Shown here piece after piece: positions 9,458-18,403 of a stretch of DNA of 64,000 nt. The stretch covers positions 945 through 64,944 of the forward strand of contig DVMO01000006.1 of the NCBI GenBank assembly GCA_018714945.1. Reading direction: 5' to 3'. Positions within the stretch are counted from its first letter, which is position 1, and every line of letters starts with the position of its first letter. The position numbers and the translations under genes were made by a program. Below the pieces are notes generated by a model. The model saw only the letters and a program-made list of their open reading frames with translations. It had not been told where the DNA came from and ran no database searches. This DNA is from Candidatus Fimisoma avicola. GTDB taxonomy: Bacteria > Bacillota > Clostridia > Peptostreptococcales > Anaerovoracaceae.

Positions 9458-11092
9458 ATGGCAGACAATTTTATTCAGGAGATCATCGAAAAAGATCTCG
9501 AATCAAAAAAATACGGAGACAAGGTGTGCACCCGTTTTCCGCCGGAACCTAACGGTTACCTGCACATCGGACACGCCAAGTCCATCTGTCTCAACTTTAC
9601 CACCGCAGCCAAATACGGAGGCAAATGCAACCTCAGATATGATGATACCAACCCGGTCAAAGAGGATGTAGAATATGTAGACTCCATAGAAGAAGATGTC
9701 AGATGGCTGGGTTTTGAATGGGACAAGAGACTCTGGGCTTCCGATTACTTTGACCAGATGTATGAGGCGGCTGTAGAACTCATAAAAAAAGGCAAAGCTT
9801 TCGTATGTGATCTTACAGGAGATGAGATCAGAGAATACAGAGGTACTCTTACGCAGCCTGGCAAAGACAGTCCTTACAGGAACCGCAGCATAGAAGAAAA
9901 CCTCAGACTGTTTGAAGAGATGAAAGAAGGCAGATACAAGGACGGTGAAAAGGTCCTCAGAGCCAAGATAGACATGTCATCGCCAAACATCAATATGCGT
10001 GATCCTGTCATATACCGTATAGCCCATGCATCTCACCACAATACGGGAGATAAATGGTGCATTTATCCTATGTATGATTTTGCCCACCCTATAGAAGATG
10101 CCATAGAGGGGATCACCCATTCAATATGCACCCTGGAGTTTGAAGACCACAGACCGCTGTACGACTGGGTACTCAGGGAAGTGGGATGGTGGCAGGCTCC
10201 GCCTCAGCAGATCGAATTTGCCAGGCTGAACCTTACCCACACGGTAATGTCAAAGAGATATCTCAAAGCCATGGTTGAAGACGGCACCGTAGACGGCTGG
10301 GACGATCCGAGGATGCCGACCATCGCAGGTATACGCCGACGGGGATATACTCCGGAGGCTGTCAGACAGTTCTGCGAAGACATAGGAGTATCCAAATCCA
10401 ACAGTACCGTTGATGTGGCGCAGCTTGAGCAGTGTGTCAGAGAGGATCTTAAAACAAGGGTTCCAAGCAGGAATGTCATCTTCGACCCGGTAAAAGTCAT
10501 AATAACCAATTATCCGGAAGGACGATCTGAACTGTGCGAGATAGAGAACAATGCCCAGGTACCTGAAATGGGAACAAGAAAGGTAAGCTTTTCAAGAGAA
10601 TTATGGATAGACGGAGCCGACTTTATGGAAGAGCCGCCCAAGAAATATTTCAGGCTTTTCCCAGGCAATGAAGTGCGCTTAAAAGGCGCATATTATATAA
10701 CATGCACAGATGTCATCAAAAACCCTGACGGCACCATCAAAGAGATCCATTGCACCTATGATCCGCAGACCAAGAGCGGAAGCGGCTTTGAAGGACGCAA
10801 GGTCAAAGGCACCATCCACTTTGTGGATGCGGCAAGCGCTGTTCCTTTGACCATACGCCAGTACGACTATCTGTTCATCGAAGATGAAGACGGAAAACCT
10901 GTCAAAAATCCTGAAAGCGTGAAAGTCTCCACCGCATATGCAGAGGCGTCCGTGAACGAAGCAAGGGCCGGAGAAAGATTCCAGTTTTTCCGGCATGGAT
11001 ATTATGTGGCTGACATAAAAGACCATAAACCGGGAGAAGCGGTATTTAACGAGATCGTGGGCCTGAAGAGCTCATGGAAAGGCTCAAGATGA
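9458..11092 (+). CDS. glnS: Glutamine--tRNA ligase
   Basis: [18 protein letters not shown] (HIGH) and VMSKR (KMSKS-type) motifs; 544 aa; typical GlnRS C-terminal anticodon-binding region. Confidence 0.95.
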   Translation: MADNFIQEIIEKDLESKKYGDKVCTRFPPEPNGYLHIGHAKSICLNFTTAAKYGGKCNLRYDDTNPVKEDVEYVDSIEEDVRWLGFEWDKRLWASDYFDQMYEAAVELIKKGKAFVCDLTGDEIREYRGTLTQPGKDSPYRNRSIEENLRLFEEMKEGRYKDGEKVLRAKIDMSSPNINMRDPVIYRIAHASHHNTGDKWCIYPMYDFAHPIEDAIEGITHSICTLEFEDHRPLYDWVLREVGWWQAPPQQIEFARLNLTHTVMSKRYLKAMVEDGTVDGWDDPRMPTIAGIRRRGYTPEAVRQFCEDIGVSKSNSTVDVAQLEQCVREDLKTRVPSRNVIFDPVKVIITNYPEGRSELCEIENNAQVPEMGTRKVSFSRELWIDGADFMEEPPKKYFRLFPGNEVRLKGAYYITCTDVIKNPDGTIKEIHCTYDPQTKSGSGFEGRKVKGTIHFVDAASAVPLTIRQYDYLFIEDEDGKPVKNPESVKVSTAYAEASVNEARAGERFQFFRHGYYVADIKDHKPGEAVFNEIVGLKSSWKGSR

Positions 11093-11170
11093 CCATATCT
11101 GCGGCGCAGAAGCCATGTCCGCAGCGTGATCGTACCCATAATGCAAATGATATAAAAAGGAGAGAGATTT

Positions 11171-11851
11171 ATGCAGTACAAGATTGAAGGAGCGCCGCTT
11201 CCGGCAGTGATATGCCAGATGGAACCGGGAGAGACCATTATCACAGAAAAAGGGAGCATGAGCTGGATGTCACCGAACATGAATATGGAAACCACCAGCA
11301 ACGGCGGGTTCGGCAAAGCCCTTGGGCGTATGTTTGCCGGGGAATCCATCTTCCAGAACAAATTTACTGCACAGGGCGGGCCTGGCATGATAGCCTTTGC
11401 TTCAAGCTTTCCGGGAGATATAAGGGCAATAGAGATAACTCCCGACAGGCCGGTGATAGTTCAGAAAAGCGCTTTTCTGGCAGGAGAAGCGGGCGTAGAG
11501 CTGTCAGTTTTCTTCCAGAAAAAACTGGGCAGCGGATTCTTCGGAGGAGAAGGATTCATAATGCAGAAGCTTTCCGGAAACGGCACGGTCTTTGTGGAAA
11601 TTGACGGTTCAGCGGTGGAATATGAACTGGCAGCAGGACAGCAGATGGTAATTGACACAGGATATCTGGCCATGATGGACGCAACCTGTTCAATGGATGT
11701 GGTTGCCAACAAAGGCGTTAAGAACATGATCTTCGGCGGTGAGGGAATATTCAACACCATAGTGACCGGGCCGGGAAAGATCGTGCTCCAGACGATGCCG
11801 ATCAGTACAGTGGCAACAGCGATACTGCCGTTTGTGCCTACCAAGGACTGA
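11171..11851 (+). CDS. TIGR00266/AIM24-family protein (function unknown)
   Basis: 226 aa. GESIFQNKFT, GFFGGEGFIMQKLSG.G.VF and IFGGEGIFNT repeats are typical of this family. Confidence 0.7.
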   Translation: MQYKIEGAPLPAVICQMEPGETIITEKGSMSWMSPNMNMETTSNGGFGKALGRMFAGESIFQNKFTAQGGPGMIAFASSFPGDIRAIEITPDRPVIVQKSAFLAGEAGVELSVFFQKKLGSGFFGGEGFIMQKLSGNGTVFVEIDGSAVEYELAAGQQMVIDTGYLAMMDATCSMDVVANKGVKNMIFGGEGIFNTIVTGPGKIVLQTMPISTVATAILPFVPTKD

Positions 11852-12021
11852 TGTTGCAGTGACAGTGATGACGAGTTGCTGACCGGCGGCATGTCATGCG
11901 GGATCTGATGAAAGCAGAAGGTACAGTACAGGCGTCCGGAGGCCAGAAGGCAGCGGGCGCCTTTTGCTGACAGGGACAGATACGCATATACAGACAGATA
12001 TGTATAAACAGGGGGGATATT

Positions 12022-12735
12022 TTGGAATACATACGGATTATGGTCACATGCGCTGCAGCCATTGCCGCCGGGATCATGCTGGGAAACAGTGCAGTGGTGT
12101 TTTTCAACAGGATGCCGGGAAAATGGCTGTGCGAATATGGAAAAGAACCGGATGAAGAGCTGGCTCATCCGACGAGGCAGAGGATAAACAGCTGGCCGTG
12201 GAAATATTTTTTCTCCTGCCTTTTTGTCATGGCCTCCATAAAGACGGCCATGGATGATCCGGGATATGCTCTCATATCCATGATAACATGCTGGATACTT
12301 ACGGAGATGGCTATAGCCGATGCCAGATACATGATAGTCCCGGATCAGCTGGTCATACTTCTTATGGTAGCGGCAGTAGGATTTGTGCCGTACCATGACG
12401 GAGGCCCTTATGAAGGAGTCTGGGGCGGGCTCATAGGTTTTGGAGTTATGCTGGTCACAGCCCTTCTGGGCAGGATAATTTACAGAAGAGCGGCCTTGGG
12501 CGGTGGAGACATAAAGGTATTCGGGGCTCTGGGACTTTGCACAGGTGTGGACGGGATACTTTCGGTCTTTATACTTTCCACATTCCTGTGCGCCATCCAT
12601 ATGGCCTGGCTCCTTATGCGCAAAAAGGCAAAACGGCGGCAGCAGCGGCCGCTGATCCCTTATGTGGCCATATCTTCATCGATTTATCTGGTCATTTTGC
12701 ACGGAATAGGTTATAATATAATGGCATACCTGTAA
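12022..12735 (+). CDS. A24-family prepilin peptidase-like membrane aspartyl protease
   Basis: Two catalytic Asp contexts (AIADARYMIVPD and GGGDIKVFGALG) in a polytopic protein. No pilin genes are adjacent. The ORF starts with TTG. Confidence 0.7.
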   Translation: MEYIRIMVTCAAAIAAGIMLGNSAVVFFNRMPGKWLCEYGKEPDEELAHPTRQRINSWPWKYFFSCLFVMASIKTAMDDPGYALISMITCWILTEMAIADARYMIVPDQLVILLMVAAVGFVPYHDGGPYEGVWGGLIGFGVMLVTALLGRIIYRRAALGGGDIKVFGALGLCTGVDGILSVFILSTFLCAIHMAWLLMRKKAKRRQQRPLIPYVAISSSIYLVILHGIGYNIMAYL

Positions 12736-12748
12736 GAAAGGAAAAACA

Positions 12749-13045
12749 ATGATAACAAGCAAACAGAGAAGTTTTCTCAAAAGCCTTGCTCACAATATAG
12801 ATCCTGCTGTGTATATCGGCAAGGCAGGAGTAACGGAAAATGTGGTAAAAGAAATAGATATGTGCCTTGAGGCCAGAGAACTGGTAAAGGTTAAACTGCA
12901 AGAAGGCTGTGACCTGACTCCGAAAGATGTGGCAAACGATGTCGCCGCCCGGCTGGGGGCCGACTTCGTACAGGCCATAGGGCGTAAGTTCACTTTATAC
13001 AGACGATCAAAAGAAAACAAGCAGATAGAGCTGCCTAGGCCGTAA
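12749..13045 (+). CDS. yhbY: Ribosome-assembly RNA-binding protein YhbY (CRM domain)
   Basis: 98 aa; LTSKQRSFLKSLAH...P.V.IGK.GVT and ELVKVK motifs. Confidence 0.85.
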   Translation: MITSKQRSFLKSLAHNIDPAVYIGKAGVTENVVKEIDMCLEARELVKVKLQEGCDLTPKDVANDVAARLGADFVQAIGRKFTLYRRSKENKQIELPRP

Positions 13046-13103
13046 GCGGCAGAAGGAAAGCCTGGCCTCGATGACAGGCACAGGCCGGAAAGGTCACAGG
13101 ATC

Positions 13104-13871
13104 ATGGAAAGAAATATCTTACTTACCATAGAATACGATGGCAGCGGGTTTTCAGGATGGCAGAGACAGCCCCATGTCAGGACCGTTCAGGGAGAGATAG
13201 AAGAGGCGCTCAGCCGCATATGCGGATGCGAAATACAGATAAACGGTACAAGCCGTACAGACGCCGGGGTACATGCCCTGGGGCAGAGAGCTTCATTTAA
13301 AGGTGATTTTGGAATACCCACCGAAAACATCAGGCCGGCCCTGAACAATATCCTTGCCGGCGGCGGCCGGTACGGTGCCGTCCTGGGAGACATCAGGATA
13401 ATTGAGGCAGCAGAAGTCGGAGCTGATTTTCATGCCCGCTTTGATGCAAGGGGAAAGAAATACAGATATATAATTGAAAATAAAAAATACGGAGACATTT
13501 TCCGCAGAAAATATTGCTACAATGTGGACAAGCCGCTGGATGAAGAGGCCATGAAAAAGGCGGCCCAGGCCGTGACAGGAACCCATGACTTCGCATCATT
13601 CCAGTCCGCCGGCGGGCAGCCAAGGCTCACTACGGTCAGGACCGTTCACACTCTCGACATATACAGGCAGGGAGACGATGTTATAATGGAAATAACCGGT
13701 GACGGATTTCTGTACAATATGGTCAGGATCATCGCCGGTACATTGACAGAAATAGGCCTGGGAAAGAGGCGGCCCCAAGACATGGCGCAGATCATAAACG
13801 CAAGGGACAGAGCTGCGGCAGGCCATAAGGCCCCGGCCGGAGGCCTGTATCTGGCTGAGATATATTTTTGA
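13104..13871 (+). CDS. truA: tRNA pseudouridine(38-40) synthase TruA
   Basis: IEYDGSGFSGWQRQ and GTSRTDAGVHALGQ (catalytic Asp) motifs. I prefer the start at MERNILL (13104); the ORF track starts at 13071. Confidence 0.9.
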   Translation: MERNILLTIEYDGSGFSGWQRQPHVRTVQGEIEEALSRICGCEIQINGTSRTDAGVHALGQRASFKGDFGIPTENIRPALNNILAGGGRYGAVLGDIRIIEAAEVGADFHARFDARGKKYRYIIENKKYGDIFRRKYCYNVDKPLDEEAMKKAAQAVTGTHDFASFQSAGGQPRLTTVRTVHTLDIYRQGDDVIMEITGDGFLYNMVRIIAGTLTEIGLGKRRPQDMAQIINARDRAAAGHKAPAGGLYLAEIYF

Positions 13872-13918
13872 ATACGGAAATACCGGATAAATATTGCTGA
13901 TGTATACTGACAGGAGAT

Positions 13919-14377
13919 ATGGCAATGGACAGACCATCTTGGGATGAATATTTTATGGAAATGGCAGAGCTTACAGCCAAGCGTTCCACCTGCATGCGCA
14001 GGCATGTGGGTGCAGTCATCGTAAAAGACAGGAGGGCTATAGCTACCGGATATAATGGTGCGCCGCGGGGAATAATGCATTGTGAGGACAGAGGAGGCTG
14101 CCTGAGACAGCAGCTCAATGTGCCGTCCGGGCAGAGACATGAACTGTGCATGGCGCTGCATGCCGAACAGAATGCTATCATACAGGCTGCGGCCATGGGA
14201 AACAGCATCGAAGGCGGGACGATATATATAACCCATCAGCCGTGCGCCATATGCGCCAAGATGATAATAAACGCAGGGATAACGAGAATAGTCATCAGAG
14301 AAGGATATCCTGACCAACTGGCAGCATCAATCCTTGATGAAGCAGGTTTAAAGATAGAAAAACTGCCGAAAGAGTAA
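13919..14377 (+). CDS. comEB: dCMP deaminase (ComEB family)
   Basis: WDEYFM, HAEQNAI and [14 protein letters not shown] zinc-deaminase motifs; 152 aa. Confidence 0.85.
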   Translation: MAMDRPSWDEYFMEMAELTAKRSTCMRRHVGAVIVKDRRAIATGYNGAPRGIMHCEDRGGCLRQQLNVPSGQRHELCMALHAEQNAIIQAAAMGNSIEGGTIYITHQPCAICAKMIINAGITRIVIREGYPDQLAASILDEAGLKIEKLPKE

Positions 14378-14393
14378 AGGAGTCTTCGGGATA

Positions 14394-15467
14394 ATGTACG
14401 ACACACTATTGGTAACTTTTCTGGTTGCATGTGGTCTTGCGGCGGCAGTCACGCCTATGGCCATCAGGCTTGCACCAAAGATCGGAGCTATGGATATACC
14501 AAAGGACAGCAGGCGCATGCATGACCACGCCATGCCGCGCTTTGGAGGATTGGCCATATTTGCCGGCAGTTCTGCGGCGATGCTGATCTTTTTGAACTTT
14601 GACCATCAGATAACCACCATAGTATTGGGCGGCGTGCTCATATATATCCTTGGGATAATAGACGATCTTAAAGATCTTGATCCAAAAATAAAGTTTGCCG
14701 GGCAGACTTTGGTGGCAATACTTATGTATATGCAGGACATCAGGATCACCTTCATCACCAACTATTTCGGTGAAGGAAACAGCCAGCTTGGAGATGTATG
14801 GTGCTTTTTGATCACAGTCCTGTGGATAGTGGGGATAACCAACACCATCAACCTCATAGACGGGCTTGACGGACTGGCGGCCGGCACATCTGCGATAATC
14901 TCGCTGTGCATCGCATATGCCGCATATATCCACGGCACCTACGAGACCGCCGGCGCAATGCTGGCACTGGCAGGAGGATGTCTGGGATTTTTGCCGTTCA
15001 ACTTTTATCCGGCAAAGATATTCATGGGAGACGGAGGCTCCCTGTATCTGGGATTTATGCTGGCGTCACTGTCCGTAACAGGTACTGTAAAGAGTGCGGC
15101 ATTCATGTCCATGATAATCCCTGTACTGGTGCTGGGAGTGCCAATCTTTGACACGCTCTTTGCCATACTTCGCAGGTTGGTGAACAAAAAGCCCATAATG
15201 ACAGCAGATAAGGGACACCTGCATCACAGGCTCATGAAATTGGGTTACGGCCAGAGGAGAGCCACCCTCATGCTGTACGGCATGACCGCCATAATGGGAG
15301 TGGCAGCGGTACTTTTCAGCCGCGGGCTCTATGTGGAAATGGGCGGACTGATGGCCATAACATTCATGTATATATATATATTCCTGACAGACTCGCGCCA
15401 TATGATGCCGCAGATCAGAGAAAAATGCAAAGATGAGGCAGAAGGTGACGGACCGTCAGGAGAGTAA
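14394..15467 (+). CDS. MraY/WecA-family undecaprenyl-phosphate N-acetylhexosamine-1-phosphate transferase (TagO/WecA-like)
   Basis: Polytopic. IIDDLKDL, NLIDGLDGLA and FMGDGGSL motifs. Confidence 0.85.
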   Translation: MYDTLLVTFLVACGLAAAVTPMAIRLAPKIGAMDIPKDSRRMHDHAMPRFGGLAIFAGSSAAMLIFLNFDHQITTIVLGGVLIYILGIIDDLKDLDPKIKFAGQTLVAILMYMQDIRITFITNYFGEGNSQLGDVWCFLITVLWIVGITNTINLIDGLDGLAAGTSAIISLCIAYAAYIHGTYETAGAMLALAGGCLGFLPFNFYPAKIFMGDGGSLYLGFMLASLSVTGTVKSAAFMSMIIPVLVLGVPIFDTLFAILRRLVNKKPIMTADKGHLHHRLMKLGYGQRRATLMLYGMTAIMGVAAVLFSRGLYVEMGGLMAITFMYIYIFLTDSRHMMPQIREKCKDEAEGDGPSGE

Positions 15468-15546
15468 GACAGGGATAAGAGAAAAAACATCGGTACTGAC
15501 ACCCGAAGGTTTTCTGAGGGGAAAGGCTTGTAAAAAAGAAAGCGGA

Positions 15547-15576
15547 GGTGCCGGCCATGACCGGCACCTGTTTTAT
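15547..15576 (+). terminator. Hairpin plus T-tract, probably the terminator of the transferase gene
   Basis: GGTGCCGG-CCATGA-CCGGCACC followed by TGTTTTAT. Confidence 0.5.
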
Positions 15577-15595
15577 GGGAAAGGAGGTGTAAAGA

Positions 15596-15841
15596 GTGGA
15601 AACAAGAGTAGCAGTATTGAGCATAATAGTGGAAGATATCGAAGCGGCTGAAAAGATCAATGCTCTGCTTCATCAATACAGGGAATATATTATCGGACGC
15701 ATGGGGATCCCCCACGAAACGAAGCATATATCTATCATAAGCGTTGCCATGGACGGACCAATGGACGCCATAAGCGCCCTTTCCGGAAAGCTTGGGGCTA
15801 TAGAAGGAGTCAGTACCAAAACCATATATTCTAAAGCGTAA
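15596..15841 (+). CDS. Small ACT/NikR-C-like protein of the TM1266 family (annotated elsewhere as iron-only hydrogenase system regulator)
   Basis: 81 aa, GTG start behind AGGAGG. VAVLSIIVED...INALLH.Y..YIIGRMGIP ... ISIISVA.DGP.D.ISALSGKLG pattern. Confidence 0.55.
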   Translation: METRVAVLSIIVEDIEAAEKINALLHQYREYIIGRMGIPHETKHISIISVAMDGPMDAISALSGKLGAIEGVSTKTIYSKA

Positions 15842-15897
15842 GATGTGCCGGATAAATCTCCCGGACACATGTACAAAGATAATGAGGAGGTACTGAG

Positions 15898-16869
15898 ATG
15901 AAAAAAATATTAACTCTGGGTCTGATACTTGCAATGGCACTGACCATGTTCACAGCCTGCAGTTCAGAAGAAGTTCCCTCAACAGTGAGCCAGACCGTCA
16001 ACATAGCGGCCCTCAACGGACCGACGGGCATGGCCATGGTGGATCTGATGGACATGGAAGATAAATATGCCATCACGACTTATCAGGCTCCGACAGACAT
16101 AACAGCCAAGATCATCAACGGAGAAGTGGATGTTGCCGCTGTGCCGTCCAACCTGGCAGCAGTCTTATATAACAAGACTGAGGGAGATATAGTTGCGGTA
16201 AGCCCTATAGCCCTGGGCATGCTACAGATCCTTGGAAACAATGCTGATGTCCAGGAAGTATCCGATCTGGCAGGAAAGACCATTATCGCCAGCGGACAGG
16301 GAGGCACGCCTGAATATGTCCTGCAGAAAGTCCTTCAGGACAACGGACTGACCATTTATGAAGATGTCAATGTCCAGTGGGTTGCCAACCATTCCGAGGT
16401 GAACACACAGCTCCTAAGCCAGGAGGGGACCATCGCCATGATCCCTGAACCTTTTGTTTCAACAGCCCTTGCACAGGGACAGGAAGGTGTGACAAAGCTG
16501 TTTGACCTCAATGAGCTGTGGGAAGAGGCCACCGGACAGCAGCTCCCGATGGGAGTCCTTGTAGCCACAAGATCATTTGCCGAAGATAGGAGCGATGACC
16601 TGAAAGTGCTGCTGAGCGATCTGCAGGCTTCTGTGGATTATGTCAACGATTCACCTGCGGAAGCTGCCAAAGCCATAGTTGAACATGGTTTCATCGGCGA
16701 TGAAGCCATAGCTGAAGCAGCTATCCCTAACTGTCACATTGTCCTCTATACAGGAGATAATGCGGCAGAAGGGATTGAAATGCTAAAGACTTTCAATCAG
16801 ACTCTTTATGATATGGACCCTGCTTCTGTAGGAGGGGCATTGCCGGATGAAAACTTATATTACCAATAA
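15898..16869 (+). CDS. ABC transporter substrate-binding lipoprotein (NMT1/THI5-like, NitT/TauT family)
   Basis: Signal peptide with lipobox (MFTACSS), about 300-aa periplasmic-binding fold, followed by the cognate permease/ATPase. Confidence 0.7.
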   Translation: MKKILTLGLILAMALTMFTACSSEEVPSTVSQTVNIAALNGPTGMAMVDLMDMEDKYAITTYQAPTDITAKIINGEVDVAAVPSNLAAVLYNKTEGDIVAVSPIALGMLQILGNNADVQEVSDLAGKTIIASGQGGTPEYVLQKVLQDNGLTIYEDVNVQWVANHSEVNTQLLSQEGTIAMIPEPFVSTALAQGQEGVTKLFDLNELWEEATGQQLPMGVLVATRSFAEDRSDDLKVLLSDLQASVDYVNDSPAEAAKAIVEHGFIGDEAIAEAAIPNCHIVLYTGDNAAEGIEMLKTFNQTLYDMDPASVGGALPDENLYYQ

Positions 16870-18310
16870 AAAACATCATAAAAGGTCAAAGGGCAGGCAG
16901 ACAGCAGTCTGCCTGTTTTGGCTTGTCATCTGGCAGGCTGCTTCTGTGGCTGTAGACAAGCCGCTGATACTTCCGGGGCCGTGGGAGACGGTAACGGCTC
17001 TGTTTTCCCTGACCGGAGAAACTGAGTTTTATCTCAACATCCTTTGGACCCTGTTCAGATGTCTGTCTGCCATGGCCCTTTCCTTTGTACTGGGGAGCCT
17101 GTGCGCCTGGCTGTCTTACAGGAAAGACATGTTCAGGAGCCTGCTTACATTGCCGGTGGGTTTTTTCAAGGCTGTGCCGGTAATGGCCATAATCATTTAT
17201 GTGATCCTTTTGGCATCTGCCGACTGGGTAGCAGTCATAGTATGCTTTTTGATGTGCTTTCCGATAGTATACACCAATATCCTGGCAGGCCTTGATTCCA
17301 CCAGCGAGGAATTCCTTGAACTTGCATATATCTACGATCTGACTTCTGCGGAAAAGGCAAGATACATATATCTTCCCGGTATAAGGACATATATAATGTC
17401 GGCTGTGCAGCTTATAGCCGGTATGAGCTGGAAAGCGGTGGTCGCCGCCGAGGTCCTTTCGATACCCAAGTACTCCCTTGGATATGAAATGATGAATTCC
17501 AAATACTATCTGCAGACTCCCGTATTGTTTGCATATATTCTGGTGATAGTCGTCCTGAGCCTGGCAATGGAAAAGATCATCGGGCTTCTGATGGGAAGGT
17601 CAGTTCCTTCGGGATACGAAGGGAGCAGACTCCACATCAGAAGAGGACGGCAAAGGCAGGCTGATACCGATGTATATGGAAGATGCCCCGATGAAGGCGG
17701 CAGAGCTCCTGCCATTGTTTTTTCGGGCGTGACCAAGGCCTTTGAAGGACAGAAGGTACTGGACGATTTTAACGCTTTATTTGACAGCGGCAAAGTAACC
17801 TTGCTGATGGGCCCGTCGGGCCGCGGCAAGACCACCGTGGCATGGCTGGCCGCCGGCCTTGAAAGGCCCGATGGCGGCAGTATCACGATCGGTCCCGGAG
17901 CGGAACTCTCTTTTCTGTTTCAGGAGGACAGGCTGCTGCCATGGCTGAATATATATGACAACATGGCCCTCGGACTTCTCCGTGACGGAGGAAGCAAGGC
18001 ATCAGGCAGCATGACGGCAGAAGATCAGGTGATAGAAATGGCCCGCGCGCTGGAGATTGGCGATTCTCTCTGGAAGCTGCCGGAAGAGCTGAGCGGAGGA
18101 ATGAAACACCGGGCGGCTCTCGGCAGGACATTTCTGGCAGTCTCCAATGTGATGGTGATGGACGAGCCTTTCCGCGGACTTGATAAGGAACTGAAGGAGC
18201 GCATAATCAGGCGGCTCTGGAATAGGGTTTCCGCAGGAAAAACAGTCATCCTCATAACCCACGATGACAAGGATGCGCAGATCCTCGGAGAAAAGGCCAT
18301 AGAAATATGA
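16847..18310 (+). CDS. Fused ABC permease-ATPase (NitT/TauT-type)
   Basis: N-terminal ~260 aa are six-TM permease-like. The C-terminal ~205 aa carry Walker A GPSGRGKTT, Q-loop FQEDRLLPW, signature LSGGMKHR, Walker B VMVMDEPF and H-loop ITHD. Confidence 0.8.
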   Translation: MKTYITNKKHHKRSKGRQTAVCLFWLVIWQAASVAVDKPLILPGPWETVTALFSLTGETEFYLNILWTLFRCLSAMALSFVLGSLCAWLSYRKDMFRSLLTLPVGFFKAVPVMAIIIYVILLASADWVAVIVCFLMCFPIVYTNILAGLDSTSEEFLELAYIYDLTSAEKARYIYLPGIRTYIMSAVQLIAGMSWKAVVAAEVLSIPKYSLGYEMMNSKYYLQTPVLFAYILVIVVLSLAMEKIIGLLMGRSVPSGYEGSRLHIRRGRQRQADTDVYGRCPDEGGRAPAIVFSGVTKAFEGQKVLDDFNALFDSGKVTLLMGPSGRGKTTVAWLAAGLERPDGGSITIGPGAELSFLFQEDRLLPWLNIYDNMALGLLRDGGSKASGSMTAEDQVIEMARALEIGDSLWKLPEELSGGMKHRAALGRTFLAVSNVMVMDEPFRGLDKELKERIIRRLWNRVSAGKTVILITHDDKDAQILGEKAIEI

Positions 18311-18403
18311 GCTGCGGACAGGCGCCTGTCCGGCCGGACATCTCGACGGACGGAAATGCGCAAGATATACTTTTTAAGAAGCTTATTTTACGGAGGAAAT
18401 CTT

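Noticed and set aside
11461-12600. 379-aa minus-strand ORF spanning the TIGR00266 gene, an intergenic region and the prepilin-peptidase gene.
   Set aside because: It lies antisense to two well-supported plus-strand genes. It has low-complexity, Cys/His/Pro/Arg-rich composition, no RBS and no recognisable motifs, so it is an antisense frame lacking stop codons by chance, not a gene.
15468-15595. Possible riboswitch or attenuator upstream of the TM1266-like/ABC unit, such as a TPP element as seen before ThiY-type transporters.
   Set aside because: No conserved riboswitch core is recognisable. The only structure is a hairpin plus T-tract, most simply the terminator of the upstream transferase gene.
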